A DNA stretch of 64,000 nucleotides from Acidobacteriota bacterium (GTDB taxonomy: Bacteria > Acidobacteriota > UBA4820 > DSQY01). Location: the NCBI GenBank assembly GCA_049967655.1, contig JBMFSH010000002.1, positions 112,718 to 176,717 of the forward strand. Reading direction: 5' to 3'. Position 1 is the stretch's first letter. The number at the start of each line of letters is the position of its first letter. Below are positions 46,185-57,000 of the stretch, one piece after another. The translations under genes and the position numbers were made by a program. The notes below the pieces were generated by a model. The model ran no database searches, was not told where the DNA came from, and saw only the letters and a list, made by a program, of their open reading frames with translations.

Positions 46185-47428
46185 GACTCCTCCATGCGCT
46201 GCAAGATGTCCAGGATCTCATCGTCCGAGAGCATGTGGTCGGATTCCTTCGCCGCCCGGCAGATCTGGGTCACCTTCTCCGGCTCTGGCTCCACGCCGTG
46301 CTGGTGGAGCCAGAAGACCACGTTGGACTCCCCCGACATGGGTCCCACCTCGATGGTCTGTTGTCGCCCCACCCACGAGGCGGGCACCGACGAGTAGACG
46401 AGGTCCACGAGCTCCTTGTCTCCCATGTTGAGGGCCTTAAGCAGGGCGGAGGCGTGCACCCCCGTGCCCGTACGGTAGGCGTCCCTGCCGAACACTGGGT
46501 AGTTCCAGGGGATAGATATACCCACCCAGCGAGCCACCCAGTCCACGTAATCAACCAGCGGAGTGAGCTCCCCTCCCCACAGGCCCATGAGCTTCAGGTT
46601 GACCAGGATGAGGTCCATGGGCGTGTTGCCCACTCGCTCCCCCATTCCAAGGGCCGATCCGTGCAGCCGGTCCGCCCCGGCCTCCAGCGCCGCCAGCGTG
46701 GAGATCAGCCCGAGGCCCCGGTCCATGTGACCGTGCCAGTCCACCTGGACGGGCTCCCCGCTCTCCTCGATCAGGCTCCTGAGGAACCGGACGATCCGGT
46801 AGGCGCCGTTGGGCGTCGCGAACCCCACCGTGTCGGCGACGCAGACCCTGCGGGCGCCACACTCGATGGCCGCCAGGTAGAGATCCCGGAGGATTTCGGG
46901 CCGGGCCCGGGTGGTGTCCTCCGTGACGTACATGACGGGCATCTTCTCCCGCGTCGCCAGCGAGACCGATTCGCGGGTGGCCTTGAGGAGGAAGGGAAGA
47001 TCCCATCCCTCGGCGTAGTGGCGCACGGGGCTCGAACCGAGAAACACCGCCACCTCGATGGGCATCCCCACCTTCTGGGCGATGTCGAGAATGGGCCGGA
47101 TGTCCTTCTCGAGGGTGCGCGCCGCACAGTTGGGTGCCAGCGGGAGCCCTCCGCGGTGCACCTCCCTGGCGAGAAAGAGGGTGTCCTCATAGGCCTGGGG
47201 GCCGGCCGCGGGCAGGCCGATGTTCAGGGAGTGAATGCCCAGGCGCACCAGGAGCTGGAGGAAGTCTCTCTTGGCCTGAAGCGGAGGAGCCTTGGCGGAG
47301 GGGCTCTGGAGGCCGTCCCGCAGGGTCTCGTCGTTCAGTTGGATCCTGGGGGGAAACTTCGCCGGATTTCCGCTGAAGCCGTCGCGGCCGTTCCAGTCGT
47401 AGATCCACTCCTCGTGCCTGCCCGGCAT
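46181..47428 (-). CDS. LeuA-family (DRE-TIM) acyl-CoA/2-oxoacid condensing enzyme lacking the C-terminal regulatory domain
   Basis: DETLRDGLQ, EDTTRA, ADTVG, HGHMDRG, GERVGN and GVH motifs. Only 415 aa. Confidence 0.85.
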   Translation of the reverse strand: MPGRHEEWIYDWNGRDGFSGNPAKFPPRIQLNDETLRDGLQSPSAKAPPLQAKRDFLQLLVRLGIHSLNIGLPAAGPQAYEDTLFLAREVHRGGLPLAPNCAARTLEKDIRPILDIAQKVGMPIEVAVFLGSSPVRHYAEGWDLPFLLKATRESVSLATREKMPVMYVTEDTTRARPEILRDLYLAAIECGARRVCVADTVGFATPNGAYRIVRFLRSLIEESGEPVQVDWHGHMDRGLGLISTLAALEAGADRLHGSALGMGERVGNTPMDLILVNLKLMGLWGGELTPLVDYVDWVARWVGISIPWNYPVFGRDAYRTGTGVHASALLKALNMGDKELVDLVYSSVPASWVGRQQTIEVGPMSGESNVVFWLHQHGVEPEPEKVTQICRAAKESDHMLSDDEILDILQRMEES

Positions 47429-47458
47429 GCGACCAGTCCCTCCCTCCGGGGGGCTACC

Positions 47459-48241
47459 TCAGCGTCCCCGGAAGCTGGGCTTCCGCTTTTCCAGGAAGGC
47501 CTTGGTCCCCTCCTTCATGTCCTCGCTGGCGCAGCTCAGCGCGAAGAGGGTCGCCTCCAGGTAGCAGCCCTCTTCCATCGGCATCTCCACGCCTGCCTGG
47601 ACCGCCTCGAGGATGTATCGCGCCGCGAGCGGAGCCTTGGAGGCCAGGCGCGCTCCGAGGGCGTGGGCCCTGGTCATTAGCTCCTCCTTCGGCACCACGG
47701 CGTTCACCAGCCCGATCTCGTAGGCCTTCTGGGCTGGGATGCGATCGCCCGACAGGAGGAGCTCCAGGGCCAGGCCCCGGCCCACGAGCCGGGACAGCCG
47801 CTGCGTCCCGCCGTAGCCGGGGATGATCCCGAGGTTGATCTCGGGCTGGCCGAACTGAGCCGTCTCCGAAGCCAGGCGCATGTGGCACGCCATGGCCAGT
47901 TCGCATCCCCCGCCGAGGGCGAAGCCGTTGATGGCCCCGATGACGGGCTTCGGGAAGGTCTCGATGCGCCTGAAGAGGGTTTGCCCGAAGAGGGCGAACC
48001 GGCGGCCGGCGGCGGCGTCCAGCTCGGCGATCTCCCGGATATCGGCGCCCGCGACGAAGGCCTTGTCTCCCGATCCGGTGATCACCAGCGCACCCACCGA
48101 GCCGTCCTGCTCGGCCTCGTCGAGGGCCAAGCCGATCTCCTCCAGGGTCGCCCTGTTCAGGGCATTGAGCTTGTCCGGACGGTTGATGGTCAGGAGGACC
48201 ACGCCCTCCTTCACTTCGTAGGTCGTGTTGTGCAGGTCCAT
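47459..48241 (-). CDS. Enoyl-CoA hydratase (crotonase)
   Basis: [26 protein letters not shown] and [18 protein letters not shown] motifs. Confidence 0.93.
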   Translation of the reverse strand: MDLHNTTYEVKEGVVLLTINRPDKLNALNRATLEEIGLALDEAEQDGSVGALVITGSGDKAFVAGADIREIAELDAAAGRRFALFGQTLFRRIETFPKPVIGAINGFALGGGCELAMACHMRLASETAQFGQPEINLGIIPGYGGTQRLSRLVGRGLALELLLSGDRIPAQKAYEIGLVNAVVPKEELMTRAHALGARLASKAPLAARYILEAVQAGVEMPMEEGCYLEATLFALSCASEDMKEGTKAFLEKRKPSFRGR

Positions 48242-48302
48242 GCTCTCTCCTCTTTCGAACGGGCCGACGTCGGGGCCCACCGGCGGTGCGCCCCCGGACG
48301 GA

Positions 48303-49487
48303 TCAGGCGCGTTCCAGCAGGAGCGCCATGCCCTGGCCTCCGCCGATGCAGGCCGACGCCACGCCGAATCGTACTCCGCGCCGGCGCATTTCGTACAGCA
48401 GGGTGATCACGAGCCGCGCTCCCGTGGCACCCAGCGGGTGGCCGAGGGCGATAGCCCCCCCGTTGACGTTCACCTTCTCGCGGTCCAGCTCCAGGGCCTT
48501 CTCGCAGGCGAGATACTGCGCCGCGAAGGCCTCGTTGATCTCGAAGAGATCCACCTGATCCTTCGTCAGCCCCTCGGCCTTGAGAAGCTTCTGGATGGCC
48601 GGAACGGGACCGAATCCCATGATGGAGGGCTCCACCGCCGAATAGGACCAGCCCCTCAGGAATCCCAGCACGGGCCATCCGTGGCGGGCCGCCGTCTCCT
48701 CCTTGGTGACGATGGTGGCCGCGGCGCCGTCCACGATCCCGGAGGCGTTGCCCCCCGTCACGCTCCCCTCCTTTCGGAAGACGGGCCGGAGCTTCGAAAG
48801 GGCCTCGAAGGTGCTCTCCGGTTTTCGATGGGTGTCCTCGCCGAAGAGGACCTCCCCCTTGCGCTTGTCTTTGAGCGGGACCGGCGCCACTTCGTCGGCC
48901 ATCTTGCCCGCCCGGTGCGCCTCCTCGGCGCTCCTCTGGGAGCGGATGGCGAGGCGGTCCTGATCTTCTCTGGATATGGACCAGCGCTCGGCCAGGTTCT
49001 CTGCCGTGACGGCCATGGGGAGTTTGCAGTAGCTGTCGACCAGGGATTCCATGAGGGTATCCACGAAGGGTGCGTGGCCCAGGCGAAGCCCCTGCCTGGC
49101 TCCGCGCACCGCAAAAGGGGCCTGGCTCATGCTCTCGGTGCCGCCCGCGAGCACCACGGAGGCCTCGTCGAGCAGCAGCATGTGGGCCCCACTCACGATG
49201 GCCTGGAAGCCCGAACCGCAGAGGCGGTTCACGGTCAGGGCGGGAACCTCCACGGGGATCCCGGTCCTCAGCCCGATGTGTCGCGCCAGGTAGATGGCAT
49301 CCTCGCAGGTCTGCAGGACGTTCCCGAAGACGACGTGGTCCACCTGGCCGGGCTCCACCCCCGTCTGGTCGAGGACGGCCCTGGAGGCGTGCACGCCGAG
49401 GTCCACGGCCGAGAGATGAGCTAGCTCCCCGTTGTATTCCGCCATGGGAGTCCGCCTGCCTCCCACCAAGACGAGTCCCTTTTTCAT
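48303..49487 (-). CDS. Acetyl-CoA C-acyltransferase (thiolase)
   Basis: [20 protein letters not shown] and CIGGGQG motifs. Confidence 0.95.
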   Translation of the reverse strand: MKKGLVLVGGRRTPMAEYNGELAHLSAVDLGVHASRAVLDQTGVEPGQVDHVVFGNVLQTCEDAIYLARHIGLRTGIPVEVPALTVNRLCGSGFQAIVSGAHMLLLDEASVVLAGGTESMSQAPFAVRGARQGLRLGHAPFVDTLMESLVDSYCKLPMAVTAENLAERWSISREDQDRLAIRSQRSAEEAHRAGKMADEVAPVPLKDKRKGEVLFGEDTHRKPESTFEALSKLRPVFRKEGSVTGGNASGIVDGAAATIVTKEETAARHGWPVLGFLRGWSYSAVEPSIMGFGPVPAIQKLLKAEGLTKDQVDLFEINEAFAAQYLACEKALELDREKVNVNGGAIALGHPLGATGARLVITLLYEMRRRGVRFGVASACIGGGQGMALLLERA

Positions 49488-50284
49488 GCGTCACCCCCCT
49501 TTTTCTGGCTCGGCTCCACGAATTTCACCCGCAGCGTCCCGAAGCCCACGTGGCTGCCGGACTTGATCGGCGTGAGGATGCCGGTGGGGATCCTCTTGCC
49601 GTTCACGAAGGTCCCGTTGAGCGTCCCCACCTCTTCGACGATGTAGAACTGCCCGTTGCTGTGAATCAGCTTGGCGTGCCGACGGGAAACGCTTCGCTTC
49701 ACGTCCTCGTCCGTGAGGTCCACGTCAGGGACCACCCCCGTCACGGGGTCGCGTCGCCCGATCAGGGAGATGTCCCTGTGGATGGGGAAGACCTTTAGCG
49801 ATCCCTCCATCAGGAACTGGGCGATCACGGGGGGCCTCTCCTGCTCGCCGGCCGCCTGTTCGTGGGAGGCTGGCGCCACCTCGTCGCCCGCTGGGGGCAT
49901 GGCCTTTCCCTCCTCCAGCAGGTGCTTCTGGAACTGGTCCGTGGTCTCCCTCAGCCGGGCCGAGAGCTTCCTCAGCATGCGGACCGCGATTTCGATGTTG
50001 CTCTTGATCATCTGGTCGAAGGTGGCGCCGTTGATGACGATGACCTCGGCGTCCTCCACCACCTCCGCCGTGGCGGTCCTGGGAATCCCTTCGAGGAGGC
50101 TCATCTCGCCGAAGAAGTCGCCCTTCTCCATGACCCGGAGAAACCGTTTCTCGCCGCCCACGAGCTTGTAGATCTCGACCCGGCCGGACTGGACGATGAA
50201 CATCTCCGCCCCCGGCTCTTCCTCGTAGAAGATGATCTCTCCCTTGCGGTAGGGGACCATGAAATCCTTGAGAGGATGGGCCAT
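49484..50284 (-). CDS. Cyclic-nucleotide-binding domain + FHA domain protein
   Basis: FFGEMSLL..PRTATA (cNMP-binding), then IGR..VSRRHA..NGTFVNG (FHA). Confidence 0.88.
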   Translation of the reverse strand: MAHPLKDFMVPYRKGEIIFYEEEPGAEMFIVQSGRVEIYKLVGGEKRFLRVMEKGDFFGEMSLLEGIPRTATAEVVEDAEVIVINGATFDQMIKSNIEIAVRMLRKLSARLRETTDQFQKHLLEEGKAMPPAGDEVAPASHEQAAGEQERPPVIAQFLMEGSLKVFPIHRDISLIGRRDPVTGVVPDVDLTDEDVKRSVSRRHAKLIHSNGQFYIVEEVGTLNGTFVNGKRIPTGILTPIKSGSHVGFGTLRVKFVEPSQKKGGDA

Positions 50285-50346
50285 GTGCACCCCCGTCTTG
50301 GACCCAATCTACTCCAGCGCCCGCCGGTTAATCAATTGCGAGGCGC

Positions 50347-53300
50347 TCACGGCCCCTTGAGCACGAGCTGGCCCGACTCGGCCTCGTCGATGGTCCGCAG
50401 GAACTGGGCGAAGGCTTGGTAGTGGTCGGGCCACACGATCTCGTAGGGAATCTCCACGCGCCGTTCGATCACTAGCCGGCCTCCCTCCATGCGGCCCTTC
50501 AAGAGGTAGCTACCGAACGGGGTCTTGAGGTCGAGATCCTGCACTCGGTAGTCCGTGCTGAATCCCGGCGGCAGGACGATGGTGATCTGCTGGTTGATGA
50601 AGACGGGGCCGCCCGTGGTCAGCGGGAGCGTGCGATCTTTCAGGCTTGCGAAGGCCTGCGCCAAGTGCAGCGCCGGAAGCGGGTCGGCCACGGCGAGGCG
50701 GCCGCCCACCTCATCGGCGTAGGCTCTCACGAGAAGCTTGTAGTCCCAGTGCAGAGGCTTCAGGATGTCGTCCAGCCCCTCCAGGTGATAGTCCTTCAGA
50801 TCGATGTCCCCGTAGCGCTTGGATAGGGCCACTTGCATGACGCGCTGCCACTGGTCCTTGGCAATCTTGTTGAGGCTCGAGCGAAGGTTTTCCGAGACCT
50901 CGGGATCCAGGGAGGACCGATAATCCAGCTCCATGTCCCCGTTGGGCAAGAGGGTTCTCACCTCGGTCTCCTTGGCCGACTTCCAGGGAGAGAAGTCCGC
51001 GGGAATGGTCACGCGCTTCCAAGGCTCGTCGGAGGTGACGTCCAGCGCCCGTGCCCCCTGGAGGTACCACGGGAGCACGTCGGGAGCCCTGAAGGGGCTG
51101 GAGAGCACCATGTATCGTGGCGGCGCTCCCTTGAGATCCACCTCCAGGACGGGATAGCCGAACTGGCCGAGGCGAGGCAGGTTGTCCCCCGTCCGGTCCG
51201 GCACGGCCTCGGCTATGAGCACGCGGAAGGGAATACCCGCCAGCCGAAGGAATGCACACATCACGGGCAGGCGGCTTCCTTGCCGGGTCAGCAGGGTCTG
51301 CGTCGGGTCCTGCCACGAGGTCTGATTCTCGCCGTCGATGGCCTGGAGGAGGTACTTCACCATGCGGTCGAGTTTCTGCTCGGGGGTGGAGGCGTCGCCC
51401 ACGGCCTCCCTGTATCGCTGCTCCAATTCGGGGGTCACTTGAAAGGCGCCGGTGATTCCGTCCTTGAGGAAGAGCCCCACGTCCTTCCAGTCGATGCCCC
51501 CCACCGCCTCCACCATGGGCAGGAAGAGCATGCGGTTGGGCGTGTCGGGCTCGCGCGGCGCCCGCGGCATGTCCCGGTAATCCCAGTCCCTGTAGAGAAG
51601 GTTCCCGACGGTTCCCGAAGTCCCCGGCGAAGGCAGGTGCTTCTCCGCGAACTGCATGGGGATGGACTTGGGGTACTCGATGAACCACTGGGTCCTGTGG
51701 AACGGCTTGTCGATGTCCTGGAAGAGCCACACCTGCGAGGTGACGTAGGCGTTTTTCTTCACGAAGGTGGGGGGCTTTAGGGTGATGTACTCGTACTCCA
51801 CCAAGTCGCCCGGCTCGAGCCCCTGAAGGCTGATGGTGCTCTTGTCGGGGATCTGCTCGGGCTCCAGGATCCTGCCGTCGGGCTTGATGGTGCGGATGGA
51901 GAGGATCACCTGTCCCGGAAGCGACTGCTCGCCCTCCCGGTCCACCCCCTCCTTGTCGTTGATCCGGAGAATGCCGTGGTAGCGTTCGAGGGAGGAGCCG
52001 TCCGGTTCGACCCGCGTGAACATCTGGTCCAGGAGCATGGATGAGGGGGCCTTGTCGGGCGCGGAGGACTTGTCCTCCTTCAGGACCTGCTCCAGAGAGA
52101 CGTGCTTGTCCTGAAACGGCCACGGCTGGCCGAGGGCCATGCGCGCCAGGTCCACCTGGAAGGCGTCGGGCTTGGCCTTCTTCAGCTCGTCCCACACCTT
52201 GAACCCCGCCGCGCGGTCCCCCATGAGGAAATCGCACCGTGCGAGCTGGAGGGCCACGTCCACGTCCGACGGGTCGAGGGCCAGGAGCCCCTCCAGACGG
52301 GTTTTGGCGGCCGCATACCGGCCCATACGCACGTCCACTCCGGCGAGCCTGTAGTCGAACTGGCGGTCCCGGTCCCCGAAGCGCTTGGCCTCCTCCAGCA
52401 GGAGCGCGTGGAGCTGGGGCCACTGATGGGTGCCCGAGTAGAACTCCTCGAGCTCGGGGTCGGCGTCGCGAAGCTTTTCCAGCCGGCGGATCGCCTCCAT
52501 CTGCCCCCTAGGATCCGGAAGCTGCTGGAAATAGGAGATCCACGCCGTCTCCACGCTCTCGCACTCGGGATGGTAGGAGGAGGCCTCCTCCAGGACCTTG
52601 CGCGCATCCACGATCCAGCCGCGCCCTTCGAGCCTCTGAGCGAGGGCCACAAACCACCGGGGATCGTTGGGCGCGTCGTGTACGAGCTTCCGCAAGGCGA
52701 TCAGGTCGTCGTCCGAATCCGAATTGGCCCCCTGAAGAACGGCCTTGAAGTAGGCCGCCATGGGGGAGTCCGGCGCAAGCTCCAGGCACCGGTCCACGAA
52801 CCGCTCGGCCCTGCTCTGCGCGATCTTCTGCGGAAGGTCGTCGGCTTCAAGCAGGTAGAATCGGGCCGCCAGAAGGTTCCACAGGAAGCACTTGGGGGCC
52901 TCGTCGGCGGCCGCCTCCATGGTGAGGCGCCCGCTGGCCACGTCGCCCTGCCACCGCTGCCAGAGGGACAGGAAGGCCTGGCGGCGGGGATCATCCTTCG
53001 GAAAGGCGGCCGGGAAGGCGCCCTGCCAGTCCCCTTCGTCCTTGAATCTTGCCGTCGGACCCTCGGGAGGCTGGGCTCCCTGTGGAAACACGACGGCGAG
53101 CGGGTCGCCCTCAGGGTCGAGGAGCGCCAGGTGGATCCCTTGGTCGCCGCCCGTGGCGTGAACCTTGATGAGCAGCCGATGCGCCCCGGTGGAGAGAGCC
53201 ACCCGGCGCACCACCGTCGGGTTCTCCTGAATGTTGAACACGTCCTTAGTCAGGAGGACCTTGTCGTCCAGAATGACGCGGAAGCTCTTGGAAGCATTGA

Positions 53301-54024
53301 AATAGAGTAGTGCCTGCTGGGGCTTGTCCACGGTGAACGGCACGAGAATGTAGTAGTTGGACTCTCGGTTGCGCACCGTGGCGTAGAGCGGCGGACGCAC
53401 GTCCACCGTACGGAAGGTGGTCCGGGTCCACTTCTCCGAATCGAGCTTGCCCTGCTCCGCCGGCGAAGCCTTGTAGAAGTCGATCCGGCTCAGCGTCGTT
53501 TCAGGGCGGGAGTAGTAGGCAGCCGAAACGAATCCGGCCTCGGCCATGGCCCTCCTGGTCGACTCCGGATCGCCCGAGCGGGCGGCGAGTTGGAAGCTCA
53601 GCCAGCGCAGGTTGAAGCGCACCAGCGGGTCCAATCCCTTCTCCTCGGCCAACTGCGGGATGGAATCCCTCACGAGGCGGGTGGTGACCTGGTCGAAGGT
53701 GGCGTCGTCGCTGATGAAATCCTGGAGCAGGAAAGTCAAGGGGCTGGAGGGGGCGTTGCGGAGCCCCTCCACGGCCGTCACCAGAGACTTCTCGCGCTCT
53801 CCCTTGGCCTCCTCCAGGAGGGCCAGGGCGTAGCTGGCGGAAGCATCGCTGTGGTCGCGCTCCAGGTCCCGCCTCAGGGCCGCCTCCGCCTCGGAGGGGG
53901 GCTTCCCCGCCAGCAGGGCCTGCCAGCCGGGGGTCAGCGCGGAGCCCCAGACGGCCGGGGAGAGGAAGATCCCGATGGTCAGTGCGACGGCCCAGAAGCT
54001 CGGACGGATACGGCGGCGCGTCAT
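50347..54024 (-). CDS. Secreted TPR + DUF3857/transglutaminase-like protein, catalytic Cys apparently absent
   Basis: Signal peptide, TPRs, LEPGDLVEYEY, and C-terminus similar to the neighbouring gene. RQGSR replaces RFGDC. Confidence 0.75.
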   Translation of the reverse strand: MTRRRIRPSFWAVALTIGIFLSPAVWGSALTPGWQALLAGKPPSEAEAALRRDLERDHSDASASYALALLEEAKGEREKSLVTAVEGLRNAPSSPLTFLLQDFISDDATFDQVTTRLVRDSIPQLAEEKGLDPLVRFNLRWLSFQLAARSGDPESTRRAMAEAGFVSAAYYSRPETTLSRIDFYKASPAEQGKLDSEKWTRTTFRTVDVRPPLYATVRNRESNYYILVPFTVDKPQQALLYFNASKSFRVILDDKVLLTKDVFNIQENPTVVRRVALSTGAHRLLIKVHATGGDQGIHLALLDPEGDPLAVVFPQGAQPPEGPTARFKDEGDWQGAFPAAFPKDDPRRQAFLSLWQRWQGDVASGRLTMEAAADEAPKCFLWNLLAARFYLLEADDLPQKIAQSRAERFVDRCLELAPDSPMAAYFKAVLQGANSDSDDDLIALRKLVHDAPNDPRWFVALAQRLEGRGWIVDARKVLEEASSYHPECESVETAWISYFQQLPDPRGQMEAIRRLEKLRDADPELEEFYSGTHQWPQLHALLLEEAKRFGDRDRQFDYRLAGVDVRMGRYAAAKTRLEGLLALDPSDVDVALQLARCDFLMGDRAAGFKVWDELKKAKPDAFQVDLARMALGQPWPFQDKHVSLEQVLKEDKSSAPDKAPSSMLLDQMFTRVEPDGSSLERYHGILRINDKEGVDREGEQSLPGQVILSIRTIKPDGRILEPEQIPDKSTISLQGLEPGDLVEYEYITLKPPTFVKKNAYVTSQVWLFQDIDKPFHRTQWFIEYPKSIPMQFAEKHLPSPGTSGTVGNLLYRDWDYRDMPRAPREPDTPNRMLFLPMVEAVGGIDWKDVGLFLKDGITGAFQVTPELEQRYREAVGDASTPEQKLDRMVKYLLQAIDGENQTSWQDPTQTLLTRQGSRLPVMCAFLRLAGIPFRVLIAEAVPDRTGDNLPRLGQFGYPVLEVDLKGAPPRYMVLSSPFRAPDVLPWYLQGARALDVTSDEPWKRVTIPADFSPWKSAKETEVRTLLPNGDMELDYRSSLDPEVSENLRSSLNKIAKDQWQRVMQVALSKRYGDIDLKDYHLEGLDDILKPLHWDYKLLVRAYADEVGGRLAVADPLPALHLAQAFASLKDRTLPLTTGGPVFINQQITIVLPPGFSTDYRVQDLDLKTPFGSYLLKGRMEGGRLVIERRVEIPYEIVWPDHYQAFAQFLRTIDEAESGQLVLKGP

Positions 54025-57000
54025 GGCTTGCCTCCTGCCAGCTGGACCCGCAAGCGCTCTCCCGCGGCCTTGTCGGCCGACTGGCAGAAGGCCCTGAAGG
54101 CCGGATAGTCCTGGGGACTCACCTCGCGGACGGCGAGTTCCACCGTGAGCTTCACCGACACCTGCCCCTCTCCCCCGCTAAAGGTCCTGGTGACCGACCC
54201 GAAGGGCGTGTGGATGGATACCGGCGCCATGGTCTTGGCGGTGGCTCCCTGGGGCAGCGCGAAGGTGACGTCGTACTCCTGCACCCAGGGGTAGTCGATC
54301 TCGAGCGGATAGTGCCGCTGGGCCAACGCGGCGAAGCCGGCGAAGAGGTTGAGCTGGCCCATCCAAACCGGAAGCGAGACCTCGCGCTCCCCGTCGGGGC
54401 TGACCACCTGGCCCAGCGTGCCATCGAAGGAGAAGGTCACGGGCGAGGAGAGGTCCGCCAGGTCGCTCGCGGTGGCGCTCGAAAGGTGCGTCCCTGGGAA
54501 GGCGCCCGAGATGTCCTTTTCGAGCTGCTCCCTCAACTTGTCCTTGTCCTGAAAGCGCTGCCGGAGCCAGGCGCACTGCTGTCCGATCACGGTGACCGCG
54601 CCCCGCGCCTGGGCCGAGGTCCCCGAGGCGGGGACATCCACCCGGTAGACGGCGCGGTATTGATTGTCGGCCGCCTTGTCCACCGGCGTCTCCATCCGCT
54701 TGGTGCGACCGTCGGGCCATACGAGCTGTACCCAGACGCCCTGATCCTGGTAGGGCAGCTCATGGAGCCCCGAGTACTCGGCGGTCCCATCGAGAAAGAG
54801 GTTCAGCTCCGGCACGTAGGTGATGGCGTGATTGAAGATCGCCAGGGACGCCGGTGTTGGGTAGATGCTCCCCAGGTCCCGCGTCCGGACGAGCACCATG
54901 CAGGCGTCCAACCCGGCCTGGCGGAGCATGGCCGCCATCAAGATGGCCTTGTCCTTGCAGTCGCCAAACCGGCGCTCGAAGATCTGGCCCACCTTGTAGG
55001 GACGGAACCCGTGGACTCCGAACTCCAGGCCGACGTAGTGCGTCTGCTGAACCACCCAGCGGTGGATGGCTGACACCTTGGCCTCCATGGTGGTGGCGCC
55101 TTGAATCAGCTCGGCCACCTTGGCCTTCACCTCGGGCGTCATCTGCCACTGGTCGCTGATGAACTTGGCGTACCAGGCCCCCATCGCATCCCAATCCTGG
55201 AAGGTGGAAACGTGCAGGTAGGGCAGGACGTCCGTGAAGCCGGGCATATCCGGCTCCTGCTCCACCTGCGGGATGTCCCGCACCACCCACCGGTAGATCT
55301 TCTCCGAACTGCGGGTCACGACCATGGGCTCGGTATTCATCCGCTCGGCGTGAACGTAGAGGGGCAGGTCGGACGGCATGATCAGGGTGTACTGCTTCAA
55401 GAGGATGGGGCTCTGCCCGGCGAAGGTCTCGATGTCACCGAAGTAGCGTCCGTACTCGTTGCGCTCACCGATGTCCGAGATCTTGTATTCGATCCAGAGG
55501 CGGTCTCCGGCGCTGAGCGAGGGGAAGGAGAGCACCATGTTCCGGTTGCGGTAGTAAAGGCGGTACCGCGGATCGGAGAGGGCGTCCGTCACCATGACGT
55601 CGGCGTGGACCTTCGTCCCGTCGGGCTTGAGGATGGAGGCATCCAGGATGCGCACCTCCTGCCGGTCGGGGTCGAAGGTGATGGGCCAGGTCTGGAGCTG
55701 CTGCGCGGCCGCGGGTTGGAGGATCTGGATGACCATCTGCACGTAGCGGCTCGAAAGTCCGCTGGGTTGGACCTTGATGGCCGTGTTGTCCAAAAGCACC
55801 ACCGCCTGCTGCCCGGAGAAGGCGCCGAGGTCCGTGGGGAGGTCCTTCGGCTCGACCCTGTACTGGCTCTCGAACCCCTCCCCCTGCGGACTCAAAAAGG
55901 ACACCTTGCGCTTGACGGATTCCATCTGCGGCCGCAGGGTCAGCGCCACCTGGTACTCGGCGAGCGCCTTGGAGGATTCGCCCAGGGCCCGCATCAGATC
56001 GCCCTGCAGATCATGCCCCTCGGGCCAGTCGGGACACCATTTCAGGGCAGAGGCCACGATGCCTTCGGCCTCCTTGGGCCGATTCTGCGCGAGGAGGTAG
56101 GAGGCATGCCGGTAGATCAGCATGCGGTCCAGGGGAAACCGGGCCTCCATCTGCGAGAAGAGTTCGAGGACCCGGCCCGTGTGTCCCGTCCGAACCTCAT
56201 CGGCGATGGCGTCGTACCAGGCGCCCGTGTCTCCTTGATGGGTCTCGCGGTAACGCTCCATCGTCTCCGTTTCCTGCGCCGGGTCGCCCAGCTTTCTGAG
56301 GGAGGCCAGGTAGGCCAGCTGGACCACGGCGCAGCCCGGATGGGCAGAATAGAGCGCCTGAAGGTCGGCGGCTCCGATGCCGTCGCTGGCGAACTGTAGC
56401 CGGACCTGGCACTGCAATGCCCTGGTGAGAAGGCAATCGGGTTCGGCTGCCACGGCGCGGTCCAGGTATTGGAGGGCCGGAAAGGGCATGCCCCTGTCCA
56501 GGTAGTGGTGGGCCATCCTCTCCAGCGCCAGGGGGTTCTTGGGAGCGATGTCCAGGGCCTTCTGGTAATCGGCCCTGCGCTTGTTGTGGTCCCGTTCAGC
56601 GTCTCCCAGCACCAGCCAGGGCATGGGGTCGCCCGAGGAGGCCTCGGCCGCCTTGCGCAGGATCTCGAGGTGGGAGGTATCGCCTCGGTCGTACGTTCTC
56701 ATGGTCAGGAGGTACTGGCCGTAGTCCTCCAGGCTTGCGGCATCGGGGTGGGACTCCGAACAGGCCTTTAGGGCCTTGCCCGGATCGTTCACCTCCATGC
56801 CCTTGGGAGGCAGGCCGTTCTTGGCCAGAACCTTGTCCAGCGGCTCCCTCACCGCCGCCGGGTCGGACGTGGAGGTCCATCCGGCGAGCGCCCTCCCCTT
56901 TTCATCCGTGAGGCGAAGCTCGAAGTTCCATGCCCCGTCGCTGTTGCAAACCTTCACCAACAAGGTATTCCAGCCCCTGCGAAGGGTGCAGCCGTCGGCG

